IMG/VR virus record: IMGVR_UViG_3300031952_000001
Span: 147,983-211,982 of that record
Reading direction: 5' to 3' (one strand)
DNA length: 64,000 nucleotides
Shown here: positions 47,121 to 56,679 of the stretch, in pieces
How the letters are laid out: each line of letters begins with the position of its first letter
Numbering within the stretch: the stretch's first letter is position 1
Notes under the pieces: model-generated
What the model saw: only the letters and a program-made list of their open reading frames with translations
The model's database searches: none
Told to the model about the DNA's origin: nothing
Program-made: the position numbers and the translations under genes

Positions 47121-49694
47121 ATGTCTAACGAGTTCGTCGTAAAGAACGGTCTTCATATCCCAGCGGGTCTTCTTGCCACCCCTTCGTTCGCGTTTGCCTC
47201 TGATACCGATACCGGCATCTACCTCTCCGGAGTGAACACCTTCGCTCTGGTTTCTGGGTCGGCTTCGCGAATATCCGTGGGGGATGCTGTAGGGGTTACG
47301 CCACGAACCAATAACAACTTCACGGTGACCACTGCGGGGTCCGGTCAGATCACGCTGACATCTGCGGACGCATTTAATATCTCGGGTGCTGCTGCCAGCT
47401 CGATCTACACGACCAACGCCAACCTGATGATCTACTCCGGTACAGGTGTTCTGGGCATTAGCTCTGATGCCACGACGACGACCGTTAATCTTGCTACCGG
47501 TGCCGGAGCGAAGGGCCTCACGCTGGGGAGCACGAACACGACTTCCCGCACTACGGTTCAGAGTGGTACCAACGGTACGTTCGTCACGAGCACTGGGGCC
47601 TTCACTGTGACAGGGGCAGCTGCCAGCTCCATCTATACGACCAACGTGGATCTGGATATTTACGCAGGTACGGGTAGGCTGTACTTGGGGGCCGATGCCG
47701 CTGCCAACCTCATCAGTCTGGGTACGGGTGCCGCTGTCAAAACTGTCATCGTCGGGAGTGTCAACACCACTTCGATCACCACCGTACAGAGTGGAACTGC
47801 GGGCACCAACATCACGAGCACCGGCTTCTTCTCCATCTCCAGCTCAGGCGCTGCCGACTGCAACATCTACACGTCGGCCAACGCGAAGATCAACATGTAC
47901 ACGGGTACAGGCACGATCAGCATCAGCGCGGATGTCGCGGCTACGACGGTCGCCATTGCTACGGGTGCTGCTGTCAAAACTGTCACCGTCGGGAGTGTCA
48001 ACACCACTTCGATCACCACCGTACAGAGTGGAACTGCGGGCACCAACATCACGAGCACCGGCTTCTTCTCCATCTCCAGCTCAGGCGCTGCCGACTGCAA
48101 CATTTACACGTCGGCCAACGCGAAGATCAACATGTACACGGGTACAGGCACGATCAGCATCAGCGCGGATGCCGCGGCTACGACGGTCGCCATTGCTACG
48201 GGAGCGGGGGTGAAGAGTACCACGGTCGGCAGCACGAATACGACCTCATCGCTCACCCTTCAAGGTGGTGGCGGTGCTGCCGGCACAGGTATCACCGTCA
48301 CGTCCACCGGGAACATCAGCATCACGACGAGCACTTACTTAGGTGTGTCGGCCAGGGTTGCCATGACGACCGACGTGGGGGGCTGGATCAAGAACAACAA
48401 CACCTACTTTGTCCCAGCAGGAGGTACGGCCCTCCAGACGTTGCTCACGGCCATCATCGCGACGACAGAGACTCCGGGGACCATCGTCCTGGGGTACGGC
48501 ACCCACACGATCAGCTGGACTGCTGCGACGACCGTAAACCAAGAAGTCACTATCATCGGTAGTGGGGCTACGATCAATTTCTCCAGCACCGATGCGGACT
48601 GCTGCCTCATTTTCTCCTCCAAGTGCATCCTCAGTAATATCAATTTCACCGGGCCGAACCCCGGCTGGCTCGCTCCCCAGATGGTGCGTGTGCAAGGGGA
48701 CTTCTCTGAGATCGTAGGTTGTAACTTCAACGGGGGTCCTGTTGGTGCCGGCACCTCCTACCTTCTCTACGTGGATGCTGCAAACGTCCTAGTGGATCAG
48801 TGCCAGCTTACTACTGCTGCCGTTGCAGCCGCCGCCGTGGTGGATTACAGTTTGTACTTCTCGGCGAACTCCCTTAGGAGCAAGGTGACTAGGAGCCGCT
48901 TCACTTGCGGTTTCTGCCAGACAGGATCCATTCTTCTGGCGGCGTCGACTACGGAAGTCATTATAGATTCTTGCAGCTTCTTGTGTGCGAACGTTCTAGG
49001 TCTCGCTCGGATCACATTTGAGGCGGGGACGTCTAGCTGTATAGTTTCAAAATGTAATTGGAACATAACAGCGGCGTCTGCTGGTCGAGTCTTCACATTC
49101 ACGTCTTCGGACACTGGAGGCTATCATTTAATCACACATAACAACATCTGGGAAGCCGCCTCTGCCCTTACCAACAGGGCCTCTGTGGTCTATGTGGCCC
49201 AACAGAATTGTCGGTTCGACTCCAACATCATCACAACTTTCAATAGGATCCATGGGGGCCTCCCCGATACCAATCTGGATCGCGCTGCCATCTACATTCT
49301 TGCGCACCACTGTTCGATTGTCGGAAACCTGTTCGACCTGGGAGGATCCGCCCAGGAGGCCATCGTAGTTCTGAAAACTGGAAACGTTGCAGCGGGTGCT
49401 GCGATGCTAGGCGTTTTCATCAGCAACAACTACTTCTATAACATCGACGGGATTACCGCTGGTGGGGGGTATGGAGTCTGGGTGAACTCGACCGCTGCCT
49501 TCCGTCCGGTGAACGGTATGGTGGACACCAACAAGTTCCATGCCAGTGGTAACGTCAGCAACTGTATAGGAACGGCTGCTGCCAACGGTGCGTTAAACTG
49601 GACGGCCGTAGGGAACGGCCGGAGTATCATAGGGGCTTTCACGGTGGGGGACTGGATCTCCGGTGGCGCTCAGATGATCGCGAGCAACCAGTAA
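47121..49694 (+). CDS. long fibre/tailspike with repeat shaft and C-terminal beta-helix
   Basis: PSFAFASDTDTGIY fibre motif, Thr/Gly repeats, C-terminal beta-helix periodicity. Confidence 0.75.
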   Translation: MSNEFVVKNGLHIPAGLLATPSFAFASDTDTGIYLSGVNTFALVSGSASRISVGDAVGVTPRTNNNFTVTTAGSGQITLTSADAFNISGAAASSIYTTNANLMIYSGTGVLGISSDATTTTVNLATGAGAKGLTLGSTNTTSRTTVQSGTNGTFVTSTGAFTVTGAAASSIYTTNVDLDIYAGTGRLYLGADAAANLISLGTGAAVKTVIVGSVNTTSITTVQSGTAGTNITSTGFFSISSSGAADCNIYTSANAKINMYTGTGTISISADVAATTVAIATGAAVKTVTVGSVNTTSITTVQSGTAGTNITSTGFFSISSSGAADCNIYTSANAKINMYTGTGTISISADAAATTVAIATGAGVKSTTVGSTNTTSSLTLQGGGGAAGTGITVTSTGNISITTSTYLGVSARVAMTTDVGGWIKNNNTYFVPAGGTALQTLLTAIIATTETPGTIVLGYGTHTISWTAATTVNQEVTIIGSGATINFSSTDADCCLIFSSKCILSNINFTGPNPGWLAPQMVRVQGDFSEIVGCNFNGGPVGAGTSYLLYVDAANVLVDQCQLTTAAVAAAAVVDYSLYFSANSLRSKVTRSRFTCGFCQTGSILLAASTTEVIIDSCSFLCANVLGLARITFEAGTSSCIVSKCNWNITAASAGRVFTFTSSDTGGYHLITHNNIWEAASALTNRASVVYVAQQNCRFDSNIITTFNRIHGGLPDTNLDRAAIYILAHHCSIVGNLFDLGGSAQEAIVVLKTGNVAAGAAMLGVFISNNYFYNIDGITAGGGYGVWVNSTAAFRPVNGMVDTNKFHASGNVSNCIGTAAANGALNWTAVGNGRSIIGAFTVGDWISGGAQMIASNQ
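47733..48201 (+). repeat. recent in-frame tandem duplication, 237-bp (79-aa) period
   Basis: Near-identical copies beginning CTGTCAAAACTGTCA at about 47733 and 47970. Confidence 0.85.
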
Positions 49695-49700
49695 GAGGAG

Positions 49701-49729
49701 TTGACTCCGGCTGGCATTTTATATATAGT
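49701..49729 (+). promoter_or_regulatory. class I promoter
   Basis: TTGACT-17-TATAGT. Confidence 0.7.
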
Positions 49730-49759
49730 AGCCCCGGTGAACCTGCCAGCTAGGAGGAG

Positions 49760-50371
49760 ATGAGGATGTTGAAGAAGAATTCCAAATTGGCTGTAATCTG
49801 GAACACGCTCCAGGCCATCGCGGCGTCCCCGGTGAACGCGCGCCTGAAGTACGCGGCCAACATGAACCGCTCGCTGATCGAGCGGCCCGTGGCTGTCCTG
49901 GAGAAGACCCAGAAGGAGCCGGCCGAGCGCGAGTCCGAGTGGAACGCGGCCAAGGACCAGCTGATCCTGGAGCACTGCCTCAAGGACGACAAGGGCTCTC
50001 CCATCGTCTTCTCCGACGGCTACCAGTTCGCGAACAAGAACTCCTTCCAGGCGCTCCTGGACTCGACCAAGGTCAAGGACTTCTCCGATGTCCACGAGTT
50101 CCACCTCAAGCGCGAGCAGGACTACGTCCGCATCCTCGACGAGGAGGTCGACATCAGCGACTTCCCCTACAAGATCAAGTGGAGCTTCGTCGACTTGGAC
50201 GAGACGACCGGGGACTTCAAGGGGATCACCGGGGAGCAGATGTACGTGCTCATGTCCAACGGCATGATGGACGGCGAACCCCCGTGGATGGCCGAGGAAC
50301 CTGGACAGAAGTCCAGTCTCAAAGCGGTCCCTGATGTCGAGAAAATACCCGCTACGGCGGAGAAGGAGTAA
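49760..50371 (+). CDS. hypothetical protein
   Basis: AGGAGG RBS; biased codons. Confidence 0.7.
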   Translation: MRMLKKNSKLAVIWNTLQAIAASPVNARLKYAANMNRSLIERPVAVLEKTQKEPAERESEWNAAKDQLILEHCLKDDKGSPIVFSDGYQFANKNSFQALLDSTKVKDFSDVHEFHLKREQDYVRILDEEVDISDFPYKIKWSFVDLDETTGDFKGITGEQMYVLMSNGMMDGEPPWMAEEPGQKSSLKAVPDVEKIPATAEKE

Positions 50372-50377
50372 CCTCCA

Positions 50378-50770
50378 ATGAACGAGCAGAACACCCCCGA
50401 GACCGAATCCCCGCGGGAGGACAACGTGACCACCCTTCCGGTTCCGCCGGCAGCCCCCGCACCGGCAGCTCAGGAGCTGCCCACTGTGGGGTCTCCGAAG
50501 CGCTCCCATGTGAAGCTGAACCGGGCCCAGCGCGCCGAGGTGCGCTTGGCTTTCATGACCATCACGGAGGCGGAGACGCGGTTCAAGGCCGCGACGGAAG
50601 CCGCCAACGTGGCTCGAAGCTCGACGATGTCGGCCAGGTCCCAGGCTCTGGAGGCTCAGGCCAAGATTCTCCAGGAGCTGGACCTGTCCGACGACAACAT
50701 CGTCGATGTGGAGAACCTCGTGGTTCTGCCTCCGAAGGGTGAGTCGTTCGTGAAAGGCAGGAATGAGTAG
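50378..50770 (+). CDS. hypothetical protein
   Basis: AAGGAG RBS. Confidence 0.65.
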   Translation: MNEQNTPETESPREDNVTTLPVPPAAPAPAAQELPTVGSPKRSHVKLNRAQRAEVRLAFMTITEAETRFKAATEAANVARSSTMSARSQALEAQAKILQELDLSDDNIVDVENLVVLPPKGESFVKGRNE

Positions 50771-53700
50771 CTTCATCCCGAACCGCCAGTCGTCCGTGTT
50801 CAAGCCGAGGATCATCTCCTCGGATTCCTCTTCCATGAGGCAGGAGATCGCGTCGAGCGTTCTCCCCAAGGGTGCCTCACTGGCGGTTCCGTCCTCGTTC
50901 CACCAGAGGACTGCTTCCGGCTTCTTCGGAGGCAACATGCCGATGGGGGTCTCCCCCTTCGGCTCGGGCGGCGGTGGCGGCAGCTCCATGTACCATATGC
51001 AGCGGCCCTACATGCCCGGGGTGGAGTCCCCCGACCGAGTCCAGTACCCAAGAACCCGAGAGGAAGCCAACCGGGCTTGGCGACTGTTCCATGAGACCGA
51101 CCCGATCTTCGGTACAGCCATGGACATGTACGCCGAGATGCTCGTCTCCGATTTCGACGTCATCGTCGGCGACGACAAGTCCTCCGAGATTCGGAACACC
51201 TTGGAGTACATGTGCCAGACGACCAACCTGATGGACAGACTCCGCTATATCATCCGCGAGTACCTGGTGCTCGGAGAGGCGATCCCTCACTGCTGGACGC
51301 CTGAGCAGAGCGTTCTGACTCCTGATGGGTTCAAGAGGATCGATACCGTCGCTGAGGGTGATCTGGTGCTCACCCATGAGCGTCGATTCCGACCTGTCAC
51401 GGAGGTGCACGTCAGGGAATATTCTGGCGATGTCTTGAATTTCGGCATTGAAGGGATCTCTGCGCTTCCGTGCAGGTGTACTCCGGAGCACCCTCTCTAC
51501 GTGTGGACTGAAGACGGTCCGGTTTGGAAGCGTGCGAAGGACGTGACCATTCTGGACCACATCGCAGTGGGGGTCGATAAGGACGTCGAAGACATCGAAG
51601 ATTTTGACGTCTCTGATGTCGTTCCCGAGTATTTTGATTTGTTGGCCGAGAACGACAAGCACAATGAGCATACGGGGCGGGAGCCCATTCCGGACATCGT
51701 CAAGGTCGACGAAGACTTCATGCGGCTGGTCGGGTACTACTACTCGGAGGGCAACGCCTTCGTGACCAGCCGGAAGGGCCGGCTGACTTTCTCTTTCCAC
51801 ATAGACGAGGCCCCCTATCACGAAGATGTGGCTCGGATCGTCAAGGCCAAGTTCGGAGTGGAGTGTCGCTTTGACATGAAGCCCGACACCCACACCTGCC
51901 AGATACATATTGATTCCAAGATCATTGCGAGCTTTTTCCTCAACCTATTTGGGACGGGTTGCAGGGACAAGCTAGTCCCTTCCTGGCTTCGGAAGTTGCC
52001 TATCCACAAGCAGAAGAGCTTTCTGATAGGGCTCTTCCGCGGGGACGGAAACATCTACTACAGCAAGGTGAGTAAGTTCACGACCGCTCAGGTGCAGCTG
52101 GCTCATGAAGGTGTTACCCATCTAGCTTGGCAGATGCTCTTGCGGATGGACGTTGCCGCGTCCTTCAACATCTTCAGCAGAGCCCGGTATGGCAGTTACT
52201 GGAAGTGCTCTTTCAATGCCGGCGTGTACTCTGCCCTCGCGGAAGAGATCTTTGAAGAGTATGTCGAGCCTGCTCTCATAGTCAGGAAGCATGCGCAGAT
52301 CCGTCACGACACTCTCTTCTATCGAGTTCGTTCCATCGAGCGTGAAGAGTACGAAGGCTCTGTGTACAACCTCGAAGTGGAGGAAGACCACAGCTACGTT
52401 GTGGGCGGCATCGTTAGCCACAACTGCTTCTTCGACGACAGCCTGGGGATCTGGACCTACATCGCGATGCACAACCCGGACTTCATCGAGGTCCTGGATT
52501 CCCCCATCGTGAACATGGACCCGATCATCAGCTTCATCCCCGACGAGTCCCTCAGGTCGATGATGTCCGCAGGTACGCCAGAGGCTCGCGAGTTCCGTGC
52601 GCGATTGCCGCCGGATTTCGTCTCCAGGATCCTCGCTCGACAGAAGATTCGCCTGTCGCCGCTGAACTGTACGTTCATTCCGCGAAAGCTCCATCCGTAC
52701 CAGACGCGCGGGACTTCGTTGGCGAGCAGAATGTGGCGAATCTTCATGGTCGAGGATGCGGTATATAATTCCACAATTGCGACATTCAGGAGACATGCGT
52801 CACCTGTTAAAGTGTTGAAACTTGGGGATCCTGCGACGGGCTGGATACCTGCGCCAGGTGCGGAAACTAAGCTACTTGAGATGCTTAACCGAGCTGAGGT
52901 GGATCCACACAGCTGGTTGATTTATCATTATGGGATTAACTTTGAGCAGTGGGGCACGACGGACAAGAGTGTCACAATTGGCAAAGAGCATGATGTGATA
53001 GAACGTGTGAAACTTTTGGCACTTGGGTTGTCCAAGAGTTTTATGACAGGCGAGGTCACGTACGCCTCATCGTTATACGATTCTTTCGTTAGATCTTCGG
53101 ATGATTCGACTGTTTTTCTTGGTGAGGTGCTAGTTGGAGATCTCGTTAAGGATCGGTTCGGTGACACCCAGAAAGTCACCAATGTTCTGAAGTACCCTTC
53201 GCCAGACAAGATGGTGAAGATCTCGGTGTACGGCAACCGCAGCTTGACGCTCACCGACAACCACTTCCTTCCCGTCTTCATGCGCCCGAGGACTTGTCTG
53301 TGTGGCTGTGGTACGCTGCTCGGTGATGAGCGCTACGTCGCCCAGGGCCACATGTTCTGGCGGTCGTTCGTTCCTGGTCACCACAAGCTCAGCGAACGTG
53401 GGGGCCGGGACCGGGTCTGGAAAGAGTACAAGCACGACGACAAGGTGATCGTCCGGTTCCCCGAGAAGCATGACCCTCACCAGAAGCTCATGGCTGCCGA
53501 GGTCATCAAGGGTGACTGGCTGATGATCCCTCGGAAGTTCGAGGTGTCCGACACGCCGGCCACGGAAGAGAACCTCAAGAAGGCTCGGTTGCTCGGATAC
53601 TACGTTGCCGAAGGCAGCGTGCGGGATGGGGCGACTCCTGGTGCCAACCCGAGCGCCACCTTTTCTTTTGGCAACGAAGAGAAGGAGCTGCTTTACGCGG

Positions 53701-55052
53701 AGGATGTAAAGTCTTGTGCAGCTTCTTTGGGTTTTGATGTCACTGTGCGCAAAGAAGCCGATCTTTGTTACACTGCTTACGTTCCTACTTCTTCTCGATC
53801 TCTCACGGACTGGTTGGATGTGAGCGCCCATCGTTACAGCCAGACGAAGTATCTTTCTTCCGAGGTCATGCACTGGAACCTGGATCTGAAGAAGGAACTC
53901 ATCAAGGGCATGTTCCGCGGAGATGGGTACATCTTCAAGGGGGGGAACGGCAAGACGACCAAGAACCGACTCGACATCGTGTACGTCACGACGTCTCAGC
54001 AACTCTCTTTCCAGGTGGAGTTGATCCTTGCTCAACTGGGGTACGCCAGCTCAGTGCATCAGAGCGAAGAGCGCGTGGACAAGAAGGGCTATGTACATAA
54101 GCCCTGCTGGAATATTTCCATTTTCGGAAAGCAGGCCATGCCTCTTGCCCAGTTCGTGTGGGGTGAGGTTCCGGCCGTGTGGGATCAGTTCAATTTCGAC
54201 GACTTCGATAAGGGCTCCCAGGGAGAGCGCTTCGAGTGCTTCAAGGACGATGACTTCCTGTACCTGCCGGTGACGAAGGTTGAGATCGTCGAGGTCGACA
54301 AGGAGAGGGATCCCTTCGTCTACAGCCTCACGGTCGAGAACACCGAGAGCTACACGCTGGACAACATCGCCTCTTACAACTCGGCCAAATCCGGTCTACA
54401 GGTCTTCCTTCGCCGTCTACTGTCTCTCCGACAGCTCCTGGAGAACCTCTGGATCTACCCGAAGTTCTTCCGACCGATTTCCGAGATCAACGACTGGACG
54501 ACGGCTTCCAAGAGCGAGGTGAACCACAACTACCGCGTCAAGCGGACCGCTCAGGAGATCCAAGAGCGGAACATGGTCATGGTTCCCACGTTGAAGTGGA
54601 AGAACAAGCTCGATCCGACCGTCGACACCGACGTGCTCGCGGCGTACCAGATCCTGGAGAAGTTCGGGATCAAGCTGTCGAAGGCGACCGTGTCTTCCGC
54701 GGTGGGAATCGACTGGGAGGACGAGCTGGAGAAGTCGCTCAAGGAGTTCAAGACCGAGAAGGAGAAGAAGGAGCAGACTCTCGGTCAGACGGAGTTGGCT
54801 CTGTACGAGGCCGAGCACGGGAAGGCCAGCCAGACGCCCGGTGGAGCCCCTCCGGGTGCTCCCGGCGGGCCTGGAGCGGGGGCGAAGCCTCCAGCGGCTA
54901 CTGGGAAGCCTCCGGGCGCGATGGGCGCTCCTGGCGCACCTCCAGGCGGTATGAACGATGCCTCGAATCCGCCAGGTAGCGCCGAGCCTGCGGTTCCGGG
55001 CGCTCTTGGCGGAGGGATCGAGGGTCCTGGCGGCGGTGGGTTGCCGGGATGA
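50763..55052 (+). CDS. portal protein containing two inteins (about 613 aa after splicing)
   Basis: Position ahead of protease/scaffold/capsid; portal-like extein motifs REYLVLGEA, RGTSLASR, FMTGEVTYA-SA; Pro/Gly-rich tail. Confidence 0.8.
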   Translation: MSSFIPNRQSSVFKPRIISSDSSSMRQEIASSVLPKGASLAVPSSFHQRTASGFFGGNMPMGVSPFGSGGGGGSSMYHMQRPYMPGVESPDRVQYPRTREEANRAWRLFHETDPIFGTAMDMYAEMLVSDFDVIVGDDKSSEIRNTLEYMCQTTNLMDRLRYIIREYLVLGEAIPHCWTPEQSVLTPDGFKRIDTVAEGDLVLTHERRFRPVTEVHVREYSGDVLNFGIEGISALPCRCTPEHPLYVWTEDGPVWKRAKDVTILDHIAVGVDKDVEDIEDFDVSDVVPEYFDLLAENDKHNEHTGREPIPDIVKVDEDFMRLVGYYYSEGNAFVTSRKGRLTFSFHIDEAPYHEDVARIVKAKFGVECRFDMKPDTHTCQIHIDSKIIASFFLNLFGTGCRDKLVPSWLRKLPIHKQKSFLIGLFRGDGNIYYSKVSKFTTAQVQLAHEGVTHLAWQMLLRMDVAASFNIFSRARYGSYWKCSFNAGVYSALAEEIFEEYVEPALIVRKHAQIRHDTLFYRVRSIEREEYEGSVYNLEVEEDHSYVVGGIVSHNCFFDDSLGIWTYIAMHNPDFIEVLDSPIVNMDPIISFIPDESLRSMMSAGTPEAREFRARLPPDFVSRILARQKIRLSPLNCTFIPRKLHPYQTRGTSLASRMWRIFMVEDAVYNSTIATFRRHASPVKVLKLGDPATGWIPAPGAETKLLEMLNRAEVDPHSWLIYHYGINFEQWGTTDKSVTIGKEHDVIERVKLLALGLSKSFMTGEVTYASSLYDSFVRSSDDSTVFLGEVLVGDLVKDRFGDTQKVTNVLKYPSPDKMVKISVYGNRSLTLTDNHFLPVFMRPRTCLCGCGTLLGDERYVAQGHMFWRSFVPGHHKLSERGGRDRVWKEYKHDDKVIVRFPEKHDPHQKLMAAEVIKGDWLMIPRKFEVSDTPATEENLKKARLLGYYVAEGSVRDGATPGANPSATFSFGNEEKELLYAEDVKSCAASLGFDVTVRKEADLCYTAYVPTSSRSLTDWLDVSAHRYSQTKYLSSEVMHWNLDLKKELIKGMFRGDGYIFKGGNGKTTKNRLDIVYVTTSQQLSFQVELILAQLGYASSVHQSEERVDKKGYVHKPCWNISIFGKQAMPLAQFVWGEVPAVWDQFNFDDFDKGSQGERFECFKDDDFLYLPVTKVEIVEVDKERDPFVYSLTVENTESYTLDNIASYNSAKSGLQVFLRRLLSLRQLLENLWIYPKFFRPISEINDWTTASKSEVNHNYRVKRTAQEIQERNMVMVPTLKWKNKLDPTVDTDVLAAYQILEKFGIKLSKATVSSAVGIDWEDELEKSLKEFKTEKEKKEQTLGQTELALYEAEHGKASQTPGGAPPGAPGGPGAGAKPPAATGKPPGAMGAPGAPPGGMNDASNPPGSAEPAVPGALGGGIEGPGGGGLPG
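51291..52424 (+). mobile_element. intein 1 with LAGLIDADG endonuclease (378 aa)
   Basis: C1 WTPEQSV, block B CTPEHP, LVGYYYSEG / FLIGLFRGDG, VYNLEVEEDHSY...SHN followed by Cys. Confidence 0.92.
53067..54380 (+). mobile_element. intein 2 with LAGLIDADG endonuclease (438 aa)
   Basis: S1 SLYDSFV, block B LTDNH, LLGYYVAEG / LIKGMFRGDG, VYSLTVENTESY...SYN followed by Ser. Confidence 0.88.
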
Positions 55053-56107
55053 CCCCAGAAGAGCTTCAGAAGATCTACGACGAGTGGCCGGAGGATGAGC
55101 CTCTGATGCCCTTCGACGACTTCCTCACGGGTGGGGCGATGGCACCCTTGGCCGTTCAAGACAGGGGCATGTTCAACCGCCAGATCAGCGGCGTGAAGAC
55201 CGCGCAGGATCTCGTGAACCCTCCTGAGGTCGAGCCCGAGATCCAGACTCGGAACGACCTTGCGCAGTTCGCGCAGACCGCGGTGGAGCTGTTGACGGAG
55301 GAGCAGTACACGCAGCTCTTCTTCGCTGCCAAGAAGGCGGCTTTCAAGACGTTCAACTTCCTCTCGATCAAGTCTTCCTTCAAGGGTGATGTGCCTCTGA
55401 GCGAGAGCGATCTCATCCTGGAGGAAGAGGACTACTATGTGCTCGAATTCCTGAGGGGCTCGACGAAGGACTACTTCCGGGTTCAGCAGATCGCCACGTT
55501 GATGGCGTACCGGGAGATGGGCATCGAGCTGGTCCGGTTCCAGAAGCGGGACTCCTGCCCTCTGTGCAAGGCTCATGACGGGTTGTTCTACGGGGTGTCC
55601 CACCTGCTCGACCTGCTGGGCTCCGGATCCGATCTGGTGCACCCGAGCTGCGACGTCGAGTGGTTCCCCATCATCGGTCGCGAGGGTTACGTGGGCCCTC
55701 TGAAAGGTTCCTTGGACCTGGAAGAGGTCATGGATCCGGACTGCCGGATGCTGCGGAAGGTGCCCGTGGAGATGCACGAGGAGATCCTGAAGGCGGTTTC
55801 CGAGCTGCCGTTCAAGATCGTCGACTTCGTGAACATGGCCGAGTACGGGCTCAACGACATCGACGATCTCGAAGATACGTCCGGGGTCGTGGTGTACTGC
55901 AAGGGAGACCGGCTGATCGTGCACAACAGCTACGTGGGGATGCGTGGGCCGGCGCAGTTCATCCAGGGGTTCCAGACCGCTCAGGTCGCGTTGGACAAGA
56001 TCGAGGTCGGAGATGCGAACGAGGAGGCCTTCTTCGTTCGGGGTCGCGCCGCGGTGAGACGTGAGGGATCGTTCTGGGACGCTGCCACTGGCGAGCGTCT
56101 CCTGTAG
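55049..56107 (+). CDS. minor head/morphogenesis protein (Mu F / SPP1 gp7-like motif)
   Basis: SCPLCKAHDGLFY...HPSCD motif; directly after portal. Confidence 0.6.
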   Translation: MTPEELQKIYDEWPEDEPLMPFDDFLTGGAMAPLAVQDRGMFNRQISGVKTAQDLVNPPEVEPEIQTRNDLAQFAQTAVELLTEEQYTQLFFAAKKAAFKTFNFLSIKSSFKGDVPLSESDLILEEEDYYVLEFLRGSTKDYFRVQQIATLMAYREMGIELVRFQKRDSCPLCKAHDGLFYGVSHLLDLLGSGSDLVHPSCDVEWFPIIGREGYVGPLKGSLDLEEVMDPDCRMLRKVPVEMHEEILKAVSELPFKIVDFVNMAEYGLNDIDDLEDTSGVVVYCKGDRLIVHNSYVGMRGPAQFIQGFQTAQVALDKIEVGDANEEAFFVRGRAAVRREGSFWDAATGERLL

Positions 56108-56115
56108 GAGGTTCC

Positions 56116-56271
56116 ATGGGGTTCAAGAAGACCGGAGATGCGTCGATGAGCGGGAAGCCGTTCCAGCCGAAGGACGTTGACACGGGGAAGACCCGCAACG
56201 ACACCATGACCACCGAGACGCCGAAGACGCCGGACGCCTCTGAGAAACCTGGCGGGGCGGAGAAGAAGTGA
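56116..56271 (+). CDS. 51-aa protein (not in the ORF track)
   Basis: AGGAGG RBS; MGFKKTGDASMSG...; GTGA overlap with the next gene. Confidence 0.6.
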   Translation: MGFKKTGDASMSGKPFQPKDVDTGKTRNDTMTTETPKTPDASEKPGGAEKK

Positions 56272-56594
56272 GAGCCTTCCTCATATCTCAGGGGGAGATC
56301 CCCATCGCGCTCGTGTTCCACGACCATGGGACGGGGGATCTGTACTGCCGTTCAGTGGTCAGGTCCTTTGCGGCGGCGTTCGATGCCGAGTGCTCCAAGC
56401 ACGCCATCACCTTCAAGAAAGAGGGCTCCAAAGGGGAGATCCTCCGCGCCGTCAGCTCCAGCCCTCGGGAGTACGATTGGGCCCGATCAGTGATTGATCA
56501 GCTCTGCGAGGGCTTCTGGACCTCCAAAGATCTGGGTACTGTGATAGGCACAGAATCCAGTATTGACGCCACGATCCGCAAGTATCTGATCTGA
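56268..56594 (+). CDS. hypothetical protein
   Basis: Coupled start. Confidence 0.55.
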   Translation: MRAFLISQGEIPIALVFHDHGTGDLYCRSVVRSFAAAFDAECSKHAITFKKEGSKGEILRAVSSSPREYDWARSVIDQLCEGFWTSKDLGTVIGTESSIDATIRKYLI

Positions 56595-56612
56595 TTTTCC
56601 GGCCGAACGTCG

Positions 56613-56646
56613 TTTTTAAAAATCCGATAGCCCACCGTTCTATAAT
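56613..56646 (+). promoter_or_regulatory. class II promoter of the capsid operon
   Basis: TTTTTAAAAATCC-N15-TATAAT. Confidence 0.8.
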
Positions 56647-56679
56647 ATCCAACAGAACAACAGGATTACTGTATCTAAC

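Noticed and set aside
45383-48201. Duplications as DGR template/variable repeats
   Set aside because: Copies are tandem, in frame and nearly identical without adenine-specific differences; no reverse transcriptase was seen.
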